This document shows positions 59,394 through 64,000 of a stretch of 64,000 nucleotides of DNA, one piece after another. The notes below the pieces were generated by a model, which saw only the letters and a program-made list of their open reading frames with translations, did no database searches and had not been told where the DNA came from. How positions within the stretch are numbered: the stretch's first letter is position 1; the number at the start of each line of letters is the position of its first letter. The stretch spans positions 44,062-108,061 of the forward strand of contig CAYRUR010000003.1 of the NCBI GenBank assembly GCA_964427615.1, in the 5' to 3' direction. Position numbers and translations under genes: made by a program. The stretch is from an uncultured Gammaproteobacteria bacterium. GTDB taxonomy: Bacteria > Patescibacteriota > Microgenomatia > Levybacterales > GWA1-39-11.

Positions 59394-59753
59394 ATGAAAA
59401 AAAGCATCGTCATACCAATTCTTAACAATGAGTACAAAGCTGTCGTGTGTTGGGGTGATCTTAAATACCTTAGAAAGTTAATGAGAGATTGGGGGTATGA
59501 GGAGCCAGCAGAGCAAAATGACTTGGATGAGAGAAGAGGGGTCTGTTTTTCTCACAAAGATTGTGCTCCGATTATTGCTTTACCAAGATATCCCAAAACA
59601 GCAGAGGAGATAGGAACACTGGCACATGAGGCTTTCCATGCCGTAGACCATATCTTTGACAAAATACGAGCATATAAAAGTGATGAAGTATTTGCTCACT
59701 CTGTAGGAGCTATTGTAAGGCAAGTATTAGAGCTTAAAGAAAGGAAGAAATAG
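59394..59753 (+). CDS. hypothetical phage protein
   Basis: 119-aa ORF. Confidence 0.35.
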   Translation: MKKSIVIPILNNEYKAVVCWGDLKYLRKLMRDWGYEEPAEQNDLDERRGVCFSHKDCAPIIALPRYPKTAEEIGTLAHEAFHAVDHIFDKIRAYKSDEVFAHSVGAIVRQVLELKERKK

Positions 59754-60071
59754 TATGAAAAGAATCAGTATTAATTTTAATGAGTATGGCAGGTTTTTTA
59801 AACTGGTTATCAACCACTGTGGGATAAGGTTTTTGATAGGTATCGCAGTTCCTTATCCTTGGTATGGGAAATATGTAACCCCGTGTAGGTTTGAAGAGCC
59901 TAAAACGAAATTTCACATCAGATATAAAGTTTTACTTTTTAATTTTTAACATGGCAAAAGCAATAAAAGATAGGAAAAGAAAATCTGGAGCCTGCTCAAT
60001 CTGCACTGGAGAATGTATGTTGCATATCAAATTCTGGTTTATAGATATAGTGTTTGACTAGGATAAGCAGT

Positions 60072-60410
60072 ATGGCAAAAACAAAAGATATAACACCACA
60101 ATTTAGATTAATGACAGCTGAAGAAGAACTTGCAATGCCTTTTGTGCAAGAATCAATGGGAATGTCTATGGGAGGACTGTCTATGTACTCTAACTCTTTT
60201 AAGAGGGGGTATGGAGACAATGTATTTGGATCAAATGAGCAGGGAATATGGTTAGGTGCTGCAGATTACGAAAACGCACCACTTAAGATGGGTATGGACG
60301 GAAAAATAAATATCTCCGGTAGTAATGGTGTAAACTCCTCTCTCCTTACCGAGAAAGGGTTAATTTTGTACAAAAATGATCTCCCTCAAGTTGTTATTGC
60401 AATAATTTAA
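60072..60410 (+). CDS. hypothetical phage protein (Gly/Met-rich); frame opens at 60054
   Basis: ORF. Confidence 0.35.
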   Translation: MAKTKDITPQFRLMTAEEELAMPFVQESMGMSMGGLSMYSNSFKRGYGDNVFGSNEQGIWLGAADYENAPLKMGMDGKINISGSNGVNSSLLTEKGLILYKNDLPQVVIAII

Positions 60411-60412
60411 CT

Positions 60413-61627
60413 ATGCAAAATATTACAAGAATCGCTCTTCCTGGATATAACGCCCTAACAGATACAAATAGAGATCACTATAGTGTATTTGCTGATGAGG
60501 ATAATATTCTTATTAAAGAACTGCTTTCTGATGAAAGAAGCATTGCTGAATACAATGTTCTAGCAACAATCCCTCATAATTTAGGATACATACCTCTAGC
60601 GTTTGTTTGGGGAAACTTGTACTCAAGTGAAACAACCTGGCAATTGATTACAAATCAATTTAATGCTGTTACGGTGCCTCAAGTAATTCAGGCTGTAGAT
60701 ACAAAAAATTTATACATTTACAATTTTGGCGGTAGAGGATCAGACCTACCTACGTACTCACGAATTTTCTATGATGATATGTCTGAATTAGGAAATCCCG
60801 AAATAACAGAAGATTCAAACGTAGTTAAAATTGCCAGACCCGGTAAAAGTGCAGATTCTTTAAACCCTAATGACTACATCATTCACTCTTCTTTGAATAA
60901 TTTAAAAATACTTTACCAGGGTAAAAAGACTATAAGCCTTAATCCTGACTTAAATTCATTTCCTCATGATGCTAATATCGATAGTCCATTTCAATGTTTG
61001 GTTTTTGTAAAGTTTCCCGATGGTAAGACCACACTAGCTGGATACCCCCCTACAATGTCTTATGACGAAAGTAAGGGCGTTACTGTGCGTGTAGACGGAA
61101 CAAACATATATGTTGTTTCTTCTGGAAGCTTTACAGCTGAGTTTAGTTACTTTTTCTTTGGGAAAGGAAAGGATGGGTTAATTACTCTAGGAGGACCAAC
61201 TATATCAGTAGCAAAAGACGGTATTAATGCTCTAACTAATACTAACCCAGACAACTTTAATTTTCATAGTCATTTTCCAACTCTTAAGTATTATATGTCA
61301 GACAAGTATGACATGGGTTCAGTCAGTACTACAACTGTCAAGCTCATTCCTCACGGTTTGGGGTATACTCCTTTTTTTGCTGGGTACGTGAGTGATCTTT
61401 ATCAGTTTAATGTGTTTAATAATAATAGTGAGCCAGTATATGCCTTAACCCCATACTATTTAGGAAGATCAACGTTTGGAAGTCCAAATAAAGACGTAGG
61501 TGCTTTTATTTATGCAGATAGTGATTATCTCTACCTGAAAGCGTACTTTCAACCCAATGCATTAGGCACCAATTTTCCATTTAATAAGTTTTTTTATAAG
61601 ATATTTAGAAACAACCTGAACTTATAA
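60413..61627 (+). CDS. phage tail fibre/receptor-binding-like protein with internal two-fold repeat (ALPGYNALTDTNRDHY... / AKDGINALTNTNPDNF...)
   Basis: Internal duplication read in translation; no family recognised. Confidence 0.4.
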   Translation: MQNITRIALPGYNALTDTNRDHYSVFADEDNILIKELLSDERSIAEYNVLATIPHNLGYIPLAFVWGNLYSSETTWQLITNQFNAVTVPQVIQAVDTKNLYIYNFGGRGSDLPTYSRIFYDDMSELGNPEITEDSNVVKIARPGKSADSLNPNDYIIHSSLNNLKILYQGKKTISLNPDLNSFPHDANIDSPFQCLVFVKFPDGKTTLAGYPPTMSYDESKGVTVRVDGTNIYVVSSGSFTAEFSYFFFGKGKDGLITLGGPTISVAKDGINALTNTNPDNFNFHSHFPTLKYYMSDKYDMGSVSTTTVKLIPHGLGYTPFFAGYVSDLYQFNVFNNNSEPVYALTPYYLGRSTFGSPNKDVGAFIYADSDYLYLKAYFQPNALGTNFPFNKFFYKIFRNNLNL

Positions 61628-61693
61628 GTGCAAATAGATGATATAATAAAAACATACCAATAAAACGTTGTGGAACACATTTCATAACGTTTT

Positions 61694-63088
61694 ATGGCAT
61701 ATACCGCACAACAACTAGGATTAACAGCGCCAGCAGGAGGGTTTGAGGATGGAGGTTGGTATGGTGGACATAATTACGATGCTGCTACCCAAACCTTTGG
61801 AGAAAAAAACCAAATCTGGTCTAAATCTCTTCCTAGCTCTGGACAACAAGTATCCCAAGAAGTAAGACAGCAATCAGCAGACGCTCAAGGGGTCTCGCTA
61901 CAAGACTTTGACACCTTTCTTTTTGGGGCTAACGCTAGTAATCTGCAGGGAAACCAAAACGTTCCTTTCTCTTCAGGAGCGAATGAAGAATATCTTAAAG
62001 GGATTAGTGCTCAAATGGAGGCAGCCCGTAAAGCACTTGAGGACTCACTGAGAAAACAGAGAGAAGAAAACGATTCAAGACTTGCAGAACTAAGGAAGAA
62101 AGAGCAAGAAACACTTGGTAAAGTTGATGAACTTACTACTCCATTCCGTGAAGACCTAGAAAATACAGAGCGAGAGCGCTTACACATAAATAAGAATTTT
62201 GAAGAAAATCAAAAATTGGTTGATGAGTTAGATAAACTCTTGACCGAAGGAAATGAATATATCCGCCAACAAAAAGAAGTTACCGGACTTGCTGCAATAC
62301 GCAATCCAAGAGTACAAAAAGCAATGGAAGACGTAATAGCCCGTGTGGGTGTTATCGAAGCTGTAATTAATGCCCGAAACGGCCAAATAGCTCAGGCTGA
62401 AAATATGATTGACCGTACTGTTAATGCTATAACGCAAGACAGGATGGATAGAATCTCTTACTACGAAACTGTCTTAAACCTCAACAATCGTGATATCGTA
62501 TCGCTTGATGCAGATAATAAGAGAATTGCTGAAGAACAACTAAATATTCTCAAAGTAGATCTCTCACGTGCACAGGCAACAGTTGATTTCATAAAAGAAA
62601 AGATGGTTGACCCTCAATTTGCTTCACTAATGGGAGAAGCTGGTGTGTCCTTGAATATGAGTGTGGGTGAAATAAACTCCAGACTAACGCAAGCTCAAAT
62701 AAATCGTGAGATTAGAGAGCAGGCAAACAAAATAGCTTTGCAAGGTGGAGTTGCTGTAGCAGATCCTTCTTTGGTACCAGAAGATCAATTGGTAAGCTTC
62801 ACTGACTCACGTGGACAGGTTCACTACTATAAATTACCAGCAAGCAGTGGTGGAAGCGGTAAGGTTAGCGAGACTGACTATGTTGAAGCCTTAAAGCAAG
62901 ATGCAAGAAGTGGACTAACACTAAGTCAAATATTTGCAATTTACTCAGGGTATCTTGATCCCGACCAAATTTATCAACTATACAATGCAAGCAGTATATA
63001 TGGACCAGATAAAGGAAACGTTTCAAACCTTGCAAAGTTTGGTGTTACCCAACCTAAGTCAAGTGATTCGGACGAGGATCTTTTCTAA
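61694..63088 (+). CDS. phage protein with long central coiled-coil region and Gly-rich N-terminus
   Basis: Heptad-rich stretch ~100-330 aa; 464 aa. Confidence 0.4.
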   Translation: MAYTAQQLGLTAPAGGFEDGGWYGGHNYDAATQTFGEKNQIWSKSLPSSGQQVSQEVRQQSADAQGVSLQDFDTFLFGANASNLQGNQNVPFSSGANEEYLKGISAQMEAARKALEDSLRKQREENDSRLAELRKKEQETLGKVDELTTPFREDLENTERERLHINKNFEENQKLVDELDKLLTEGNEYIRQQKEVTGLAAIRNPRVQKAMEDVIARVGVIEAVINARNGQIAQAENMIDRTVNAITQDRMDRISYYETVLNLNNRDIVSLDADNKRIAEEQLNILKVDLSRAQATVDFIKEKMVDPQFASLMGEAGVSLNMSVGEINSRLTQAQINREIREQANKIALQGGVAVADPSLVPEDQLVSFTDSRGQVHYYKLPASSGGSGKVSETDYVEALKQDARSGLTLSQIFAIYSGYLDPDQIYQLYNASSIYGPDKGNVSNLAKFGVTQPKSSDSDEDLF

Positions 63089-63090
63089 AT

Positions 63091-64000
63091 ATGACAGTAA
63101 GTTCAGGTTTTTTAAAACATAGAGCTAGAGTGTTAGGGCTCAACGACGAAGAAAAGGAAGAAAAAATAAAACAAGAGTTTTCAAGGCTTGGAAAGGGTTT
63201 CTTGGAAAATAGACAGCAAGTTCTCAGCACAGCAACAAGGAAATCCCCACCTAAAAAACAGGTTATACAGGACGAGAAGCCAATAGTTAAGGAGGAAGAT
63301 GAACCAGGGGGGATTATTCAGGGAATTACGGATATAGTTAGAACAGTAACTCAGGAGGTTGTAAAACATTTCGAAGAGAAAGCACCAATCACAGCTTTAC
63401 TTCAAGGGAAACCACAGGAAGCTCTGTCAAGGCTAGATAGAACCGTAAGAGAATCTAATCTTGCAAGACTCACGCCAGAAATTGACTCTCAGACTGGAAA
63501 AATTAAAAGAGAGTCTGTTGAAGGTGCTATTGAAGGCGTAATGGATTTTGCAACTCTTGGAGTAGGGACAATCACAAAAAAGAGTTTTGAGGCTATTGCT
63601 AAAGCAACTGATCCAAAAACGATTAAAACAATTCTAAACACTGAAATATTCAAAAACGCTCCTGATGACTTAGTTAACGAGATTGCAAAACGATTCTCAA
63701 AAATCAATGATCCAAAAGTAATACAAAATGAATTAGATGAATTTAAGAAAATCAGCGATCAAAAGATTCCTTTGGAGAAGCAGGTTGACGTTCTGGATGA
63801 GGGGTCTTTGATTCACGACCAGCGTACACTCCTAGAAAAAGCACCAAAAGCAAAAACCCCAGAAACAGAAGTCCCCGCAGGTTTAGATCTTTCCGGTCAA
63901 CCTCTCCAATCATCATCCCAAAAAAGAGGACTGCCCCAATCCCAAGAAGGGTTAGAATTACAATCTCAAACATCCAATAGATTATACAACGAAGATCCAA
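63091..64000 (+). CDS. phage protein, 3' end beyond window (not in supplied ORF track because no stop within window)
   Basis: Frame starting ATG 63091 translated by hand to window end without stop (MTVSSGFLKHRARVLGLNDEEKEEK...). Confidence 0.4.
   Translation, partial: MTVSSGFLKHRARVLGLNDEEKEEKIKQEFSRLGKGFLENRQQVLSTATRKSPPKKQVIQDEKPIVKEEDEPGGIIQGITDIVRTVTQEVVKHFEEKAPITALLQGKPQEALSRLDRTVRESNLARLTPEIDSQTGKIKRESVEGAIEGVMDFATLGVGTITKKSFEAIAKATDPKTIKTILNTEIFKNAPDDLVNEIAKRFSKINDPKVIQNELDEFKKISDQKIPLEKQVDVLDEGSLIHDQRTLLEKAPKAKTPETEVPAGLDLSGQPLQSSSQKRGLPQSQEGLELQSQTSNRLYNEDP

Overview
AT-rich (about one third GC by eye) bacterial chromosome segment. Small genes, long repeat-filled spacers and a short-form UvrC suggest a reduced-genome lineage, possibly CPR/Patescibacteria-like; this is inference only. 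The left ~43 kb is chromosomal. It carries a DedA gene, a dense DNA-repair/SOS set (lexA, uvrB, a uvrA–transglutaminase–uvrC operon, dinB, and a DnaQ-exonuclease/GIY-YIG fusion), secG, a solute-binding protein and a GT2 plus large-membrane-protein pair. Two tRNAs (Arg-TCG, Lys-CTT) are followed by an island of hypothetical genes that includes a novel-domain–NUDIX fusion. Further right are an MFS transporter, a thermonuclease, and a copper-homeostasis cassette (csoR, DUF305, cupredoxin, copA, membrane-cupredoxin, copZ) bracketed by two ~90%-identical direct copies of a DUF218 gene. tRNA-His, a rhomboid protease and tRNA-Arg(TCT) close the chromosomal part. From ~43.2 kb to the window end is a phage-derived region with a RecT/YqaJ recombination module, DUF4373 replication protein, VRR-NUC, DnaQ-like exonuclease, YopX, many small ORFs and large structural-looking ORFs. 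No integrase, terminase or capsid was recognisable. Inside it lies an ORF-free, GC-elevated ~0.9 kb segment packed with nested perfect helices and a GAAA tetraloop hairpin. I consider this a strong candidate for a large structured ncRNA or a self-splicing intron, and the most interesting object in the window. The intergenic DNA is also unusual. It contains a MITE-like family with GTCATTCTGG...CCAGAATGAC termini (3–4 copies), and several arrays of decayed 7-bp-period tandem repeats including a (CTAAACS)x5 run. The same GTTAACGAG and AGTATTAAGTAT motif blocks recur in at least five different spacers.
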